From assembly GCF_003334815.1 (NCBI RefSeq), contig NZ_QOWO01000030.1: a stretch of DNA of 51,530 bases. One strand, written 5' to 3'. The notes under the pieces are model-generated. The model was given only the letters and a program-made list of their open reading frames with translations. It was not told where the DNA came from and searched no databases. Source of the DNA: Escherichia coli (GTDB taxonomy: Bacteria; Pseudomonadota; Gammaproteobacteria; Enterobacterales; Enterobacteriaceae). Positions within the stretch are counted from its first letter, which is position 1. Each line of letters starts with the position of its first letter. Below, in pieces: positions 26,325 through 50,041 of this stretch. Both the position numbers and the translations under genes were made by a program.

Positions 26325-27695
26325 ATGTTGAATAATGCTATGAGCGTAGTGATCCTTGCCGCAGGCAAAGGCACGCGCATGTATTCCGATCTTCCGAAAG
26401 TGCTGCATACCCTTGCCGGGAAAGCGATGGTTCAGCATGTCATTGATGCTGCGAATGAATTAGGCGCAGCGCACGTTCACCTGGTGTACGGTCACGGCGG
26501 CGATCTGCTAAAACAGGCGCTGAAAGACGACAACCTTAACTGGGTGCTTCAGGCAGAGCAGCTGGGTACGGGTCATGCAATGCAGCAGGCCGCACCTTTC
26601 TTTGCCGATGATGAAGACATTTTAATGCTCTACGGCGACGTGCCGCTGATCTCTGTCGAAACACTCCAGCGTCTGCGTGATGCTAAACCGCAGGGTGGCA
26701 TTGGTCTGCTGACGGTGAAACTGGATGATCCGACCGGTTATGGACGTATCACCCGTGAAAACGGCAAAGTTACCGGCATTGTTGAGCACAAAGATGCCAC
26801 CGACGAGCAGCGTCAGATTCAGGAGATCAACACCGGCATTCTGATTGCCAACGGCGCAGATATGAAACGCTGGCTGGCGAAGCTGACCAACAATAATGCT
26901 CAGGGCGAATACTACATCACCGACATTATTGCGCTGGCGTATCAGGAAGGGCGTGAAATCGTCGCCGTTCATCCGCAACGTTTAAGCGAAGTAGAAGGCG
27001 TGAATAACCGCCTGCAACTCTCCCGTCTGGAGCGTGTTTATCAGTCCGAACAGGCTGAAAAACTGCTGTTAGCAGGCGTTATGCTGCGCGATCCAGCGCG
27101 TTTTGATCTGCGTGGTACGCTAACTCACGGGCGCGATGTTGAAATTGATACTAACGTTATCATCGAGGGCAACGTGACTCTCGGTCATCGCGTGAAAATT
27201 GGCACCGGTTGCGTGATTAAAAACAGCGTGATTGGCGATGATTGCGAAATCAGTCCGTATACCGTTGTGGAAGATGCGAATCTGGCAGCGGCCTGTACCA
27301 TTGGCCCGTTTGCCCGTTTGCGTCCTGGTGCTGAGTTGCTGGAAGGTGCTCACGTCGGTAACTTCGTTGAGATGAAAAAAGCGCGTCTGGGTAAAGGCTC
27401 GAAAGCTGGTCATCTGACTTACCTGGGCGATGCGGAAATTGGCGATAACGTTAACATCGGCGCGGGAACCATTACCTGCAACTACGATGGTGCGAATAAA
27501 TTTAAGACCATTATCGGCGACGATGTGTTTGTTGGTTCCGACACTCAGCTGGTGGCCCCGGTAACAGTAGGCAAAGGCGCGACCATTGCTGCGGGTACAA
27601 CTGTGACGCGTAATGTCGGCGAAAATGCATTAGCTATCAGCCGTGTGCCGCAGACTCAGAAAGAAGGCTGGCGTCGTCCGGTAAAGAAAAAGTGA
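26325..27695 (+). CDS. glmU: bifunctional GlcNAc-1-P uridyltransferase / GlcN-1-P acetyltransferase GlmU
   Basis: 456-aa ORF; N-terminal nucleotidyltransferase motif ([10 protein letters not shown]) and C-terminal left-handed beta-helix hexapeptide repeats. Confidence 0.96.
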   Translation: MLNNAMSVVILAAGKGTRMYSDLPKVLHTLAGKAMVQHVIDAANELGAAHVHLVYGHGGDLLKQALKDDNLNWVLQAEQLGTGHAMQQAAPFFADDEDILMLYGDVPLISVETLQRLRDAKPQGGIGLLTVKLDDPTGYGRITRENGKVTGIVEHKDATDEQRQIQEINTGILIANGADMKRWLAKLTNNNAQGEYYITDIIALAYQEGREIVAVHPQRLSEVEGVNNRLQLSRLERVYQSEQAEKLLLAGVMLRDPARFDLRGTLTHGRDVEIDTNVIIEGNVTLGHRVKIGTGCVIKNSVIGDDCEISPYTVVEDANLAAACTIGPFARLRPGAELLEGAHVGNFVEMKKARLGKGSKAGHLTYLGDAEIGDNVNIGAGTITCNYDGANKFKTIIGDDVFVGSDTQLVAPVTVGKGATIAAGTTVTRNVGENALAISRVPQTQKEGWRRPVKKK

Positions 27696-27856
27696 TTCTG
27701 GCCGGCTAACCCGGTCACATGGGATGAGGAGATAACATAATCTCCCTCCCACAAGCAGTAACTATAAAAATAACCCCACTCTCTACAAGGCTCGGGGCGC
27801 CCGAAAAAACGGGCATACAGGTTGACCGACAACGATATAAATCGGAATCAAAAACT

Positions 27857-29686
27857 ATGTGTGGAATTGTTGGCGCGATCGCGCAACGTGATGTAGCAGA
27901 AATCCTTCTTGAAGGTTTACGTCGTCTGGAATACCGCGGATATGACTCTGCCGGTCTGGCCGTTGTTGATGCAGAAGGTCATATGACCCGCCTGCGTCGC
28001 CTCGGTAAAGTCCAGATGCTGGCACAGGCAGCGGAAGAACATCCTCTGCATGGCGGCACTGGTATTGCTCACACTCGCTGGGCGACCCACGGTGAACCTT
28101 CAGAAGTGAATGCGCATCCGCATGTTTCTGAACACATTGTGGTGGTGCATAACGGCATCATCGAAAACCATGAACCGCTGCGTGAAGAGCTAAAAGCGCG
28201 TGGCTATACCTTCGTTTCTGAAACCGACACCGAAGTGATTGCCCATCTGGTGAACTGGGAGCTGAAACAAGGCGGGACTCTGCGTGAGGCCGTTCTGCGT
28301 GCTATCCCGCAGCTGCGTGGTGCGTACGGTACAGTGATCATGGACTCCCGTCACCCGGATACCCTGCTGGCGGCACGTTCTGGTAGTCCGCTGGTGATTG
28401 GCCTGGGGATGGGCGAAAACTTTATCGCTTCTGACCAGCTGGCGCTGTTGCCGGTGACCCGTCGCTTTATCTTCCTTGAAGAGGGCGATATTGCGGAAAT
28501 CACTCGCCGTTCGGTAAACATCTTCGATAAAACTGGCGCGGAAGTAAAACGTCAGGATATCGAATCCAATCTGCAATATGACGCGGGCGATAAAGGCATT
28601 TACCGTCACTACATGCAGAAAGAGATCTACGAACAGCCGAACGCGATCAAAAACACCCTTACCGGACGCATCAGCCACGGTCAGGTTGATTTAAGCGAGC
28701 TGGGACCGAACGCCGACGAACTGCTGTCGAAGGTTGAGCATATTCAGATCCTCGCCTGTGGTACTTCTTATAACTCCGGTATGGTTTCCCGCTACTGGTT
28801 TGAATCGCTAGCAGGTATTCCGTGCGACGTCGAAATCGCCTCTGAATTCCGCTATCGCAAATCTGCCGTGCGTCGTAACAGCCTGATGATCACCTTGTCA
28901 CAGTCTGGCGAAACCGCGGATACCCTGGCTGGCCTGCGTCTGTCGAAAGAGCTGGGTTACCTTGGTTCACTGGCAATCTGTAACGTTCCGGGTTCTTCTC
29001 TGGTGCGCGAATCCGATCTGGCGCTAATGACCAACGCGGGTACAGAAATCGGCGTGGCATCCACTAAAGCATTCACCACTCAGTTAACTGTGCTGTTGAT
29101 GCTGGTGGCGAAGCTGTCTCGCCTGAAAGGTCTGGATGCCTCCATTGAACATGACATCGTGCATGGTCTGCAGGCGCTGCCGAGCCGTATTGAGCAGATG
29201 CTGTCTCAGGACAAACGCATTGAAGCGCTGGCAGAAGATTTCTCTGACAAACATCACGCGCTGTTCCTGGGCCGTGGCGATCAGTACCCAATCGCGCTGG
29301 AAGGCGCATTGAAGTTGAAAGAGATCTCTTACATTCACGCTGAAGCCTACGCTGCTGGCGAACTGAAACACGGTCCGCTGGCGCTAATTGATGCCGATAT
29401 GCCGGTTATTGTTGTTGCACCGAACAACGAATTGCTGGAAAAACTGAAATCCAACATTGAAGAAGTTCGCGCGCGTGGCGGTCAGTTGTATGTCTTCGCC
29501 GATCAGGATGCGGGTTTTGTAAGTAGCGATAACATGCACATCATCGAGATGCCGCATGTGGAAGAGGTGATTGCACCGATCTTCTACACCGTTCCGCTGC
29601 AGCTGCTGGCTTACCATGTCGCGCTGATCAAAGGCACCGACGTTGACCAGCCGCGTAACCTGGCAAAATCGGTTACGGTTGAGTAA
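27857..29686 (+). CDS. glmS: glutamine--fructose-6-phosphate aminotransferase GlmS
   Basis: 609-aa ORF starting MCGIVGA (Ntn-hydrolase Cys after Met) with two SIS domains. Confidence 0.97.
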   Translation: MCGIVGAIAQRDVAEILLEGLRRLEYRGYDSAGLAVVDAEGHMTRLRRLGKVQMLAQAAEEHPLHGGTGIAHTRWATHGEPSEVNAHPHVSEHIVVVHNGIIENHEPLREELKARGYTFVSETDTEVIAHLVNWELKQGGTLREAVLRAIPQLRGAYGTVIMDSRHPDTLLAARSGSPLVIGLGMGENFIASDQLALLPVTRRFIFLEEGDIAEITRRSVNIFDKTGAEVKRQDIESNLQYDAGDKGIYRHYMQKEIYEQPNAIKNTLTGRISHGQVDLSELGPNADELLSKVEHIQILACGTSYNSGMVSRYWFESLAGIPCDVEIASEFRYRKSAVRRNSLMITLSQSGETADTLAGLRLSKELGYLGSLAICNVPGSSLVRESDLALMTNAGTEIGVASTKAFTTQLTVLLMLVAKLSRLKGLDASIEHDIVHGLQALPSRIEQMLSQDKRIEALAEDFSDKHHALFLGRGDQYPIALEGALKLKEISYIHAEAYAAGELKHGPLALIDADMPVIVVAPNNELLEKLKSNIEEVRARGGQLYVFADQDAGFVSSDNMHIIEMPHVEEVIAPIFYTVPLQLLAYHVALIKGTDVDQPRNLAKSVTVE

Positions 29687-29689
29687 TAA

Positions 29690-29720
29690 ATGGATGCCCT
29701 GCGTAAGCGGGGCATTTTTC
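29690..29720 (+). terminator. glmS terminator, which includes the attTn7 insertion point
   Basis: atgccctgcgtaagcggggcat hairpin followed by a T-run within about 30 bp of the glmS stop; in E. coli Tn7 inserts at this position. Confidence 0.8.
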
Positions 29721-29791
29721 TTCCTGTTATGTTTTTAATCAAACATCCTGCCAACTCCATGTGACAAACCGTCATCTTCGGCTACTTTTTC

Positions 29792-29821
29792 TCTGTCACA
29801 GAATGAAAATTTTTCTGTCAT
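29792..29821 (+). promoter_or_regulatory. upstream Pho box pair
   Basis: ctgtcacagaatgaaaatttttctgtcatc contains two CTGTCA half-sites at about 11-bp spacing. Confidence 0.65.
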
Positions 29822-29893
29822 CTCTTCGTTATTAATGTTTGTAATTGACTGAATATCAACGCTTATTTAAATCAGACTGAAGACTTTATCTCT

Positions 29894-29933
29894 CTGTCAT
29901 AAAACTGTCATATTCCTTACATATAACTGTCAC
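29894..29933 (+). promoter_or_regulatory. pstS promoter Pho boxes (PhoB binding sites)
   Basis: ctgtcataaaactgtcat and ttacatataactgtcac, direct repeats of the CTGTCAT Pho-box consensus about 70-100 bp upstream of pstS. Confidence 0.85.
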
Positions 29934-29981
29934 CTGTTTGTCCTATTTTGCTTCTCGTAGCCAACAAACAATGCTTTATGA

Positions 29982-31040
<1,059 letters not shown>

Positions 31041-31049
31041 TAAAACTCC

Positions 31050-31085
31050 AGGCCGGGTACGGTGTTTTACGCCGCATCCGGCATT
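31050..31085. repeat. REP (repetitive extragenic palindromic) element
   Basis: ggccgggtacggtgttttacgccgcatccggc in the pstS-pstC spacer matches the REP consensus (GCCGGATGCGGCG...). Confidence 0.75.
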
Positions 31086-31123
31086 ACAAAATGACTTTGT
31101 AAACGCGTTTAACTGAAGAGTAA

Positions 31124-32976
<1,853 letters not shown>

Positions 32977-33073
32977 TATTGCTGACACGGTTTTCCCCTC
33001 ACCCTAACCCTCTCCCCAGAGGGGCGAGGGGACCGACCGAGCGCCTTTTTGACTCTGTACACGGTTAACACTT

Positions 33074-33109
33074 TGCCGGATGCGGCGTGAACGCCTGATC
33101 CGGCCTACG
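33074..33109. repeat. REP element
   Basis: gccggatgcggcgtgaacgcctgatccggcctacg in the pstA-pstB spacer; preceded by a second GC-rich palindrome (ctccccagaggggcgagggg) and a T-run. Confidence 0.8.
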
Positions 33110-33119
33110 GTAAGCCTGA

Positions 33120-33932
<813 letters not shown>

Positions 33933-33946
33933 TTCAGGAGTGCGTT

Positions 33947-34672
33947 ATGGACAGTCTCAATCTTAATAAACATATTTCCGGCCAGTTCAACGCCGAACTG
34001 GAAAGTATCCGCACGCAGGTGATGACCATGGGCGGCATGGTGGAGCAGCAGCTTTCTGATGCAATCACCGCGATGCATAACCAGGACAGCGATCTGGCGA
34101 AGCGCGTCATCGAAGGCGACAAGAACGTCAACATGATGGAAGTGGCGATCGATGAAGCCTGCGTGCGCATTATCGCCAAACGTCAGCCGACGGCGAGCGA
34201 CCTGCGACTGGTTATGGTGATCAGTAAAACCATTGCCGAGCTGGAGCGTATTGGCGACGTGGCGGACAAAATCTGCCGTACTGCGCTGGAGAAATTCTCC
34301 CAGCAGCATCAGCCGTTGCTGGTAAGTCTGGAGTCGCTGGGCCGTCATACCATCCAGATGCTGCACGACGTGCTGGACGCGTTCGCGCGGATGGACATTG
34401 ACGAAGCGGTACGTATTTATCGTGAAGATAAAAAAGTCGATCAGGAATACGAAGGTATTGTTCGTCAACTGATGACCTACATGATGGAAGATTCGCGTAC
34501 CATTCCGAGCGTACTTACTGCGCTGTTCTGCGCGCGTTCTATCGAACGTATTGGCGACCGCTGCCAGAATATTTGTGAGTTTATCTTCTACTACGTGAAG
34601 GGGCAGGATTTCCGTCACGTCGGTGGCGATGAGCTGGATAAACTGCTGGCGGGGAAAGATAGCGACAAATAA
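33947..34672 (+). CDS. phoU: phosphate signalling regulator PhoU
   Basis: Track ORF 33929..34672; start placed at [13 protein letters not shown] giving 241 aa. Confidence 0.93.
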   Translation: MDSLNLNKHISGQFNAELESIRTQVMTMGGMVEQQLSDAITAMHNQDSDLAKRVIEGDKNVNMMEVAIDEACVRIIAKRQPTASDLRLVMVISKTIAELERIGDVADKICRTALEKFSQQHQPLLVSLESLGRHTIQMLHDVLDAFARMDIDEAVRIYREDKKVDQEYEGIVRQLMTYMMEDSRTIPSVLTALFCARSIERIGDRCQNICEFIFYYVKGQDFRHVGGDELDKLLAGKDSDK

Positions 34673-34681
34673 TTCACCAGA

Positions 34682-34712
34682 CAAATCCCAATAACTTAAT
34701 TATTGGGATTTG
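34682..34712 (+). terminator. phoU terminator
   Basis: caaatcccaataacttaattattgggatttg perfect hairpin about 10 bp after the phoU stop. Confidence 0.75.
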
Positions 34713-34867
34713 TTATATATAACTTTATAAATTCCTAAAATTACACAAAGTTAATAACTGCGAGCATGGTCATATTTTTATCAATAGCGCATTGCTATTT
34801 TCTCTGCACGCAATTAAATTAATTTCCGAACCTGGATGTTCGTTATAAAAACCATTAATAAATGACT

Positions 34868-43551
<8,684 letters not shown>

Positions 43552-44019
43552 TTAACTTAAAGAGTCTGTTTCAGGACATGAAATATCCAATCCGGGTAGA
43601 CGGGTAATGATTCTGCTCATCACCACACCTGCCAGCAATGCAGGAATGATGCGGACAACGAGACTGTCACCAGAAAGAATGTTTTCAAACAACTCCGAGG
43701 AAGCCATGCCCTTAATATGTACAATAACTGCACAATAGATCTCGGTGATAACGACGCCACCTATGCCACCAGCCAGACAACGATAACGTTTCTGTGACCC
43801 GATCTTTTCCGGCAGACAGGCAACCATTACACCGGTTAACAACGCAGGAATAGCTCCCGTAGTTATCGACAATAAGAGAAAAATTGGATGTATTATCACC
43901 CAAAGAACCAGCGGTTCTTTTGCGAAGAATATGTAGAGGACAAGAAACAGAACACCAATTAACGGTCCTAAAACTGCAAAATAAAGTCCGTGATGTATTA
44001 CCCGACGTGAAACAGACAT
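43552..44019 (-). CDS. cbrB: inner-membrane protein CbrB
   Basis: 155-aa strongly hydrophobic ORF immediately upstream of cbrC on the same strand. Confidence 0.88.
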   Translation of the reverse strand: MSVSRRVIHHGLYFAVLGPLIGVLFLVLYIFFAKEPLVLWVIIHPIFLLLSITTGAIPALLTGVMVACLPEKIGSQKRYRCLAGGIGGVVITEIYCAVIVHIKGMASSELFENILSGDSLVVRIIPALLAGVVMSRIITRLPGLDISCPETDSLS

Positions 44020-44085
44020 ATCAAACTCCCTTTACTTACCTTTGAGCGCCAATTTAAGCGGGGTAAGTGAAGGGAGTGTGAAGAA

Positions 44086-44751
44086 CTATGCCGTAATATC
44101 CCAACCACGCGCTTTCCACAGTTCAGGTAACTGCGAAAGATGGGTAAAGGTGGTGACTTTCGGGTGAACGATCGGCTTATTGTGCGGGTCGGCGCAGAAG
44201 TAGAACACTTCCATACCTGCGTCGATACCAGATTGTGCACCGGCAACTGAGTCATCAACCAGAATGCAGTTTTCTACATTTACATTCATCGCTTTTGCCG
44301 CATGGAACATTAACGCCGGGTCTGGCTTCCAGCGCTGAATATCGTAGCCGCTGAACAGTTTATCCGGGAAGTAGTGCAACATATTCAGCTTGCCCATAGA
44401 ATGCTGCATTTTGTTATTTGGGCCGTTAGATACCACACACATTGGCGCAGTGATCGCTGACAGGAGCGCTCCAGCCCCTTCGATGGCTTCCAGTTCTGAA
44501 TCGAACAGCCGAGCGACTTCTGCACGGTAAACGTGTTCAGCTTCTGTTTTCGCTAACGTAACACCATGTTCAAGGGAAACAATATCGATAATTTCGTACA
44601 GTTTTACACCTTTGAAACGTTTGAATACCTCTTCAGGATCGAGCGTAATACCAAATTCCTGAAACATCGTTACATATGCGCGAGAGCAAATGACTTCACT
44701 GTCGACCAGCGTACCGTCGCAGTCGAAAAATACCGCTTCTATCCGGGACAT
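44086..44751 (-). CDS. yieH: HAD-superfamily sugar-phosphate phosphatase YieH
   Basis: 221-aa ORF; HAD motif I FFDCDGTLVDSE near the N-terminus. Confidence 0.9.
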   Translation of the reverse strand: MSRIEAVFFDCDGTLVDSEVICSRAYVTMFQEFGITLDPEEVFKRFKGVKLYEIIDIVSLEHGVTLAKTEAEHVYRAEVARLFDSELEAIEGAGALLSAITAPMCVVSNGPNNKMQHSMGKLNMLHYFPDKLFSGYDIQRWKPDPALMFHAAKAMNVNVENCILVDDSVAGAQSGIDAGMEVFYFCADPHNKPIVHPKVTTFTHLSQLPELWKARGWDITA

Positions 44752-44915
44752 GCCTTTCCTTTTTAATCAGTTTAACGTTTTCGTAGAGCCGATTTGCGCA
44801 ACGCAATCGTTGCCGTATAAGTAAATCCAATAAAAAAGTCTCTCACAAACGCGCCTATTGTCGCATTTTGGTATACGATAGCGACGGATTTTCCCTCCTT
44901 GTTCGGAAATAGATA

Positions 44916-46253
44916 ATGAGTCATCAACATACCACCCAGACTTCTGGTCAGGGGATGCTGGAACGCGTGTTTAAACTGCGCGAACATGGCACGACGGCAC
45001 GGACCGAAGTGATCGCCGGTTTTACCACCTTCCTGACGATGGTTTACATCGTTTTTGTTAACCCGCAAATTCTTGGCGTTGCTGGCATGGATACCAGCGC
45101 CGTCTTCGTCACTACCTGTCTGATCGCTGCATTCGGCAGTATTATGATGGGACTGTTTGCTAACCTGCCAGTTGCACTGGCACCCGCTATGGGCCTGAAT
45201 GCGTTCTTCGCTTTTGTCGTTGTACAGGCGATGGGCTTGCCGTGGCAGGTCGGGATGGGCGCAATCTTCTGGGGCGCGATAGGTCTGCTGTTACTGACGA
45301 TTTTCCGCGTTCGCTACTGGATGATAGCCAACATTCCGGTGAGTCTGCGTGTGGGTATTACCAGCGGTATCGGTCTGTTCATTGGCATGATGGGGCTGAA
45401 AAACGCAGGTGTGATTGTCGCTAACCCGGAAACGCTGGTGAGCATCGGTAATCTGACTTCTCACAGCGTACTTCTGGGTATCCTCGGCTTCTTCATCATT
45501 GCTATTCTGGCCTCGCGCAACATTCACGCAGCGGTGCTGGTTTCTATCGTGGTGACGACGCTGCTGGGCTGGATGCTGGGTGATGTGCACTACAATGGCA
45601 TCGTTTCTGCGCCGCCGAGCGTAATGACAGTTGTGGGTCATGTAGATTTAGCCGGGTCGTTTAACCTCGGGCTGGCAGGGGTGATTTTCTCTTTCATGTT
45701 GGTCAACTTGTTTGACTCCTCCGGTACGCTGATTGGCGTGACCGATAAAGCAGGTCTGGCGGATGAGAAGGGGAAATTCCCGCGCATGAAGCAGGCGCTG
45801 TATGTCGACAGTATCTCTTCCGTGACCGGTTCGTTTATCGGTACTTCTTCCGTTACGGCTTATATTGAGTCCTCTTCCGGCGTATCGGTTGGCGGTCGTA
45901 CCGGTCTGACGGCAGTGGTTGTTGGTCTGCTGTTCCTGCTGGTTATCTTTCTGTCGCCGCTGGCGGGGATGGTGCCAGGCTACGCTGCAGCTGGTGCGCT
46001 GATTTACGTTGGCGTGCTGATGACTTCCAGTCTGGCACGCGTGAACTGGCAGGATCTTACTGAATCTGTTCCGGCGTTTATTACCGCCGTGATGATGCCG
46101 TTCAGCTTCTCGATTACCGAAGGTATCGCGCTGGGCTTTATCTCCTACTGCGTGATGAAAATCGGTACCGGACGTCTGCGTGATCTAAGCCCGTGCGTAA
46201 TCATCGTTGCGCTGCTGTTTATCCTGAAGATTGTCTTTATCGACGCTCACTAA
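44916..46253 (+). CDS. adeP: adenine permease AdeP (NCS2/AzgA family)
   Basis: 445-aa polytopic membrane ORF. Confidence 0.92.
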   Translation: MSHQHTTQTSGQGMLERVFKLREHGTTARTEVIAGFTTFLTMVYIVFVNPQILGVAGMDTSAVFVTTCLIAAFGSIMMGLFANLPVALAPAMGLNAFFAFVVVQAMGLPWQVGMGAIFWGAIGLLLLTIFRVRYWMIANIPVSLRVGITSGIGLFIGMMGLKNAGVIVANPETLVSIGNLTSHSVLLGILGFFIIAILASRNIHAAVLVSIVVTTLLGWMLGDVHYNGIVSAPPSVMTVVGHVDLAGSFNLGLAGVIFSFMLVNLFDSSGTLIGVTDKAGLADEKGKFPRMKQALYVDSISSVTGSFIGTSSVTAYIESSSGVSVGGRTGLTAVVVGLLFLLVIFLSPLAGMVPGYAAAGALIYVGVLMTSSLARVNWQDLTESVPAFITAVMMPFSFSITEGIALGFISYCVMKIGTGRLRDLSPCVIIVALLFILKIVFIDAH

Positions 46254-46270
46254 AATCGATAGCGCGTTAA

Positions 46271-46306
46271 AAACCCGCCATGCATGATTGCTGGCGGGTT
46301 TTTTAT
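46271..46306. terminator. bidirectional terminator between convergent adeP and chrR
   Basis: aaaaacccgcca...tggcgggtttttt: hairpin flanked by A-run and T-run. Confidence 0.75.
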
Positions 46307-46873
46307 TTAGATCTTAACTCGCTGAATAAACTCACCAAATGCGGTCAATTGCCCGGTCAGGTGGTCCAGCGTACCCTGATCAATCACTTCTCCGGTTTGC
46401 GGATCAACTTTGTTCTGAATCACGCCGCCCATAAATTCCGGCTTGTTCATCACCATTGCATCGAGGAAAACCAGAATCTGGCGCAGGTGATACTGACAGC
46501 GCGCGCCGCCAATCACGCCCATTGAGCTGGTCTGAATCAATACCGGTTTACCGGCCAGCGGTTGATCCGGCAGGCGGGAAAGCCAGTCGATGGCATTTTT
46601 CAGCCCACCCGGTACCGAGTAGTTATATTCCGGCGTGACGATCACCACACCGTCAGCCTGACGGATCTGTTCCGCCAGAGCTTCAACCGTTGCTGGAAAA
46701 CCTTCTTCCTGCTGTACGTCAGCGTCATACAAGGGAATGTCGGCAATGGATGGTAACGCATTGACTTCCATGCTCGCCGGAGCAATTTTCGGCAGGGTAC
46801 GTGCAACCATGCCATTAAATGAGCCTTTGCGCAGGCTCCCCAGTAACGTAACCACCTGCAATTTTTCAGACAT
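46307..46873 (-). CDS. chrR: NAD(P)H-dependent FMN reductase / chromate reductase ChrR (YieF)
   Basis: 188-aa ORF; flavodoxin-like NADPH-dependent FMN reductase motif (LLGSLRKGSFN). Confidence 0.9.
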   Translation of the reverse strand: MSEKLQVVTLLGSLRKGSFNGMVARTLPKIAPASMEVNALPSIADIPLYDADVQQEEGFPATVEALAEQIRQADGVVIVTPEYNYSVPGGLKNAIDWLSRLPDQPLAGKPVLIQTSSMGVIGGARCQYHLRQILVFLDAMVMNKPEFMGGVIQNKVDPQTGEVIDQGTLDHLTGQLTAFGEFIQRVKI

Positions 46874-46894
46874 GATGACTCCTGTGGTTGTCTA

Positions 46895-47656
46895 TCAATT
46901 TGGCGAAAAAGCCTTCACGGTAGAGAGTTGGGCAAAACGCATCATCCGGCTGGTAGGATTGTTGGCGCGGCTGTGAATATCCGGCAGGCTTTTCCAGCCG
47001 TGTTTGCCATCTAACTCCCAGACACTGAGCTTTTCAATCGTGGGCGTGACCGCCACGGACCACACCAGCACGTCTTCCGCGTCGCATAACGCTTCTACAT
47101 GATTTACATGAGCACATTTCAGGCGTCCGGCAATGGGCAGCAGCTGCAGATCGCGCGGATCGTCATTCAAAACATCACCGGTTAGTTTTAGCACGCTTCG
47201 GCGCAGCGTGATGAGCTGCGCCCGCGCTTCGTTAGGATCGTTTTGTTTACTGATCCATAGCGATTCATTGCTGGAAAAGGTGTGGTTATCGGGCGCGTGT
47301 GGGCTATGAAACCCGCGCGTCGCACGCTGTAGTTCCATATCGAGGCCACATTCACCTTCGGTTGTTAACGCCACGCCAACCATATTCCCGGCATAGGAAA
47401 TGGAAAACGAAGGCAAATTTTTATCACTGAAAACCGGTTTACCTTTCGGCAGGGTGACGATTTCCGGCAATTCGCCAATGCCATACAGCATGAACATCAG
47501 TTCTGCGAGTAAACCTCTGGACGCCAGAAAACGGCTTTGACGATGAGGGGGAATGTTTCGGGCTTCTTGATGACACTGGGAGGGGAGACGAACAGAAATC
47601 AGATGTCCTTCCGTTAAAATCCCTCGGGCAAAGTGAGTCGCCATTTTTCGCTCCAT
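46895..47656 (-). CDS. yieE: 4'-phosphopantetheinyl transferase superfamily protein YieE
   Basis: 253-aa track ORF; an in-frame Met four codons downstream (MATHFARG) is an alternative start; co-directional with and 21 bp upstream of chrR. Confidence 0.82.
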   Translation of the reverse strand: MERKMATHFARGILTEGHLISVRLPSQCHQEARNIPPHRQSRFLASRGLLAELMFMLYGIGELPEIVTLPKGKPVFSDKNLPSFSISYAGNMVGVALTTEGECGLDMELQRATRGFHSPHAPDNHTFSSNESLWISKQNDPNEARAQLITLRRSVLKLTGDVLNDDPRDLQLLPIAGRLKCAHVNHVEALCDAEDVLVWSVAVTPTIEKLSVWELDGKHGWKSLPDIHSRANNPTSRMMRFAQLSTVKAFSPN

Positions 47657-47800
47657 GCTTAATGGTCCATTATGAATACAAGAGTAATCATTTACTGGAA
47701 TGATGGACAGACTAAAGCGGCTAAAAGTTCGATTCAGACAAGCTTATTACAACTTTTTTACATTTTATTGTGAAATTGGGTCGCGTTTCATACGATTCGG

Positions 47801-48760
47801 TTATGCCATCGACGCGTAAAGGTTTTTAATGGTTTCCCGTAACCAGACGATCTTCGGATTATGGCTGTTCCGTTTATGCCACAGCAGGGTAAAAGGAACT
47901 TCCAGCTTTTTTTGCTGGCTTTCGTCAAACGGGAGAGGAAGAGCAACCAACGGCAGTTGATGGAGTTGATTGTAGTACTGACAGTAGCGCGGCGCGGTCG
48001 CCAGTAGCAGATTGTCGGGTTGCGCTGCCATAAACAGTGACTGCTCGAATTCCGGCAGGCTCATAGCAATCGTGCGTTCGCGTCCCAGCTCCTGTAACAC
48101 ATTGTCCAGCGCCCAGGTATCGCTCTGTTCCCAGCAAATGCTGATATGCGGATAACGTAAGAAGGTGTCCAGATTCCACGTTTGATGCAGTGCCGGATGA
48201 TCTTTGCGTAACCAGACGCAGGGCACATCACTAAACAGCACTTCATAATCAATGGCTAACGGTAGCGAGCTTAACAGCTCCCGCGAGCGAGGATGGCTTT
48301 CGCGACCGGAAAAACCGATATCCACTTCACCACGAGTAATGGCATCTAAGGAATCGTAATCCCAGTTACGTAATTTGATGGTCGCCTGCGGGTAACGTTG
48401 GTAGATCTGTTTCGACAGCGCATTAAGCATGATCATCATCAGCGGTGATTCCGCCGCCAGCTCAAACTTCAGGCCGCGCGGTGTCTGGTGGTGCGGTTTA
48501 TCCAGCAGCAGGTTGCTCATTTGCATCCACTCCGCCAGATTTTGCTCCATGCTGACCATCAGCGGTGTGGGCGACAGACCCAGCGGTGAGTTCACAAAGA
48601 GCGGGTCGTCAAACCACGCTCTTAACTTTGCCAGCGACTTACTCACCGCCGAAGGTGTCACGTTTATCCGCTTCGCCGCTTTGGTTACGCTGCGCTCCTG
48701 CATCAGCAGTTGCAGACAAAGCAGCAGATTGAGATCAAGCGTGGTGATGGATTTCTTCAT
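47801..48760 (-). CDS. yidZ: LysR-family transcriptional regulator YidZ
   Basis: Track ORF 47801..48769; start placed at [16 protein letters not shown] giving 319 aa; LysR HTH and substrate-binding domain; overlaps the 3' end of mdtL. Confidence 0.88.
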
Positions 48761-49910
48761 GAGCGGCAACGGGGCGTCCAGGCGCGACGAACATAATCAG
48801 CAACAGGCTCACTATGCTACAGGCAATCAGAATCCCGATCAGCATATTCCATGCGCCGATACCAACCACCGCTGCCAGCCAAATCCACAGTGACGAACCG
48901 CAAACCTGCGCAATACCTAAGGTCGAGCTGGCTACGCCCGCGCGTAATGAAAACGGCCCTAACGCCTGACTCATCGCCACACCAAAACCTACCGAGAAAC
49001 CGGCGCAAATCAGCGTGATACCAAACAGAGAAACCGCATGGGAAGGTGAAACGGCAAGAGTGATCCCCGCCGCCAGGAATAACACCTGCGAGGTGATCAT
49101 CAACGTACGTGGCTTAAAAATTCCCAGCGCAAATGGCGTGGAGAATGAAACGGTCATGCTGACGCCAGCGGTCAGCGCCATAATGGTGGCGTATTCACCG
49201 CGCTCAAACCCCATGATTTCCATCAGCAATACCGGTGACGTGTTGACGAAAGTGAGGATCACCGAAACGCTGAGGGTGGTGATAACAACACGGCTGAGGA
49301 AAAAACGGTTAAGCAGCGACTCGCTATTTTCTCGTGGTTTATCCGAAGCTGCGGGGGCCGCTGGGCGCGTTTCTTTTAAAATAAACAAAGACAACATCAG
49401 TACCGCGATGCCCATCATTGCCATCGCCCAGAACAGACTCTGCCACGGGAATTTAAGCATAATCAGATGTCCGAGCACTGGCGCTAACACCGGAATGATG
49501 CAGGTAATACCGTTGAGTAATGACAGCACTTTAGCCCGACGTCGATCATCCAGCGTGTCGCGCAAAATAGCGAACGCCACTACGTAACAACAGCCTGCGC
49601 CCAACCCCTGTAGAAATCGGCCTGCAAGAAATAACGTGCTGGTTTCAGCCAGTGAACAGAACACCGAGGCAATAATAAATAGCGCCGCGCCGGGTATGGC
49701 GACCGGCTTTCTCCCTGAACGATCGGCCACTTTACCGGCAAATAACATCGCAGCTGCCATCCCCGCCAGATATACGGAGAACGCAATATGCAACTGCGCT
49801 TCGCTGGCATTGAGATCGGCGGCGATGCGCGGTAAACCAACGAGGTACATATCAATCCCGGCGGGATAAAGTAAAACCAGGGCAAAACTACAAATCAAAA
49901 AGCGGGACAT
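48735..49910 (-). CDS. mdtL: MFS multidrug efflux transporter MdtL
   Basis: 391-aa 12-TMS ORF. Confidence 0.92.
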   Translation of the reverse strand: MSRFLICSFALVLLYPAGIDMYLVGLPRIAADLNASEAQLHIAFSVYLAGMAAAMLFAGKVADRSGRKPVAIPGAALFIIASVFCSLAETSTLFLAGRFLQGLGAGCCYVVAFAILRDTLDDRRRAKVLSLLNGITCIIPVLAPVLGHLIMLKFPWQSLFWAMAMMGIAVLMLSLFILKETRPAAPAASDKPRENSESLLNRFFLSRVVITTLSVSVILTFVNTSPVLLMEIMGFERGEYATIMALTAGVSMTVSFSTPFALGIFKPRTLMITSQVLFLAAGITLAVSPSHAVSLFGITLICAGFSVGFGVAMSQALGPFSLRAGVASSTLGIAQVCGSSLWIWLAAVVGIGAWNMLIGILIACSIVSLLLIMFVAPGRPVAAHEEIHHHA

Positions 49911-50041
49911 GGGCTAAAGCGTCCTGATAGTAAGGTGACGCAAAGCATACGTGGTGAAGGAGGATCAGGCGAGTTGCCATTTGGACATAAGTGATTTCCT
50001 GAGAGGCAAGAAGCCAGCGAATGGCTGGCTTCTTGAAGGAT

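Noticed and set aside
29792-29933. Repeated CTGTCA-containing motifs upstream of pstS, and clustered GATC repeats at oriC, considered as possible CRISPR-like or IS terminal repeats
   Set aside because: Repeat units are 7-18 bp at ~11-bp phasing without uniform spacers or adjacent cas or transposase genes; they match Pho boxes and Dam/SeqA sites respectively.
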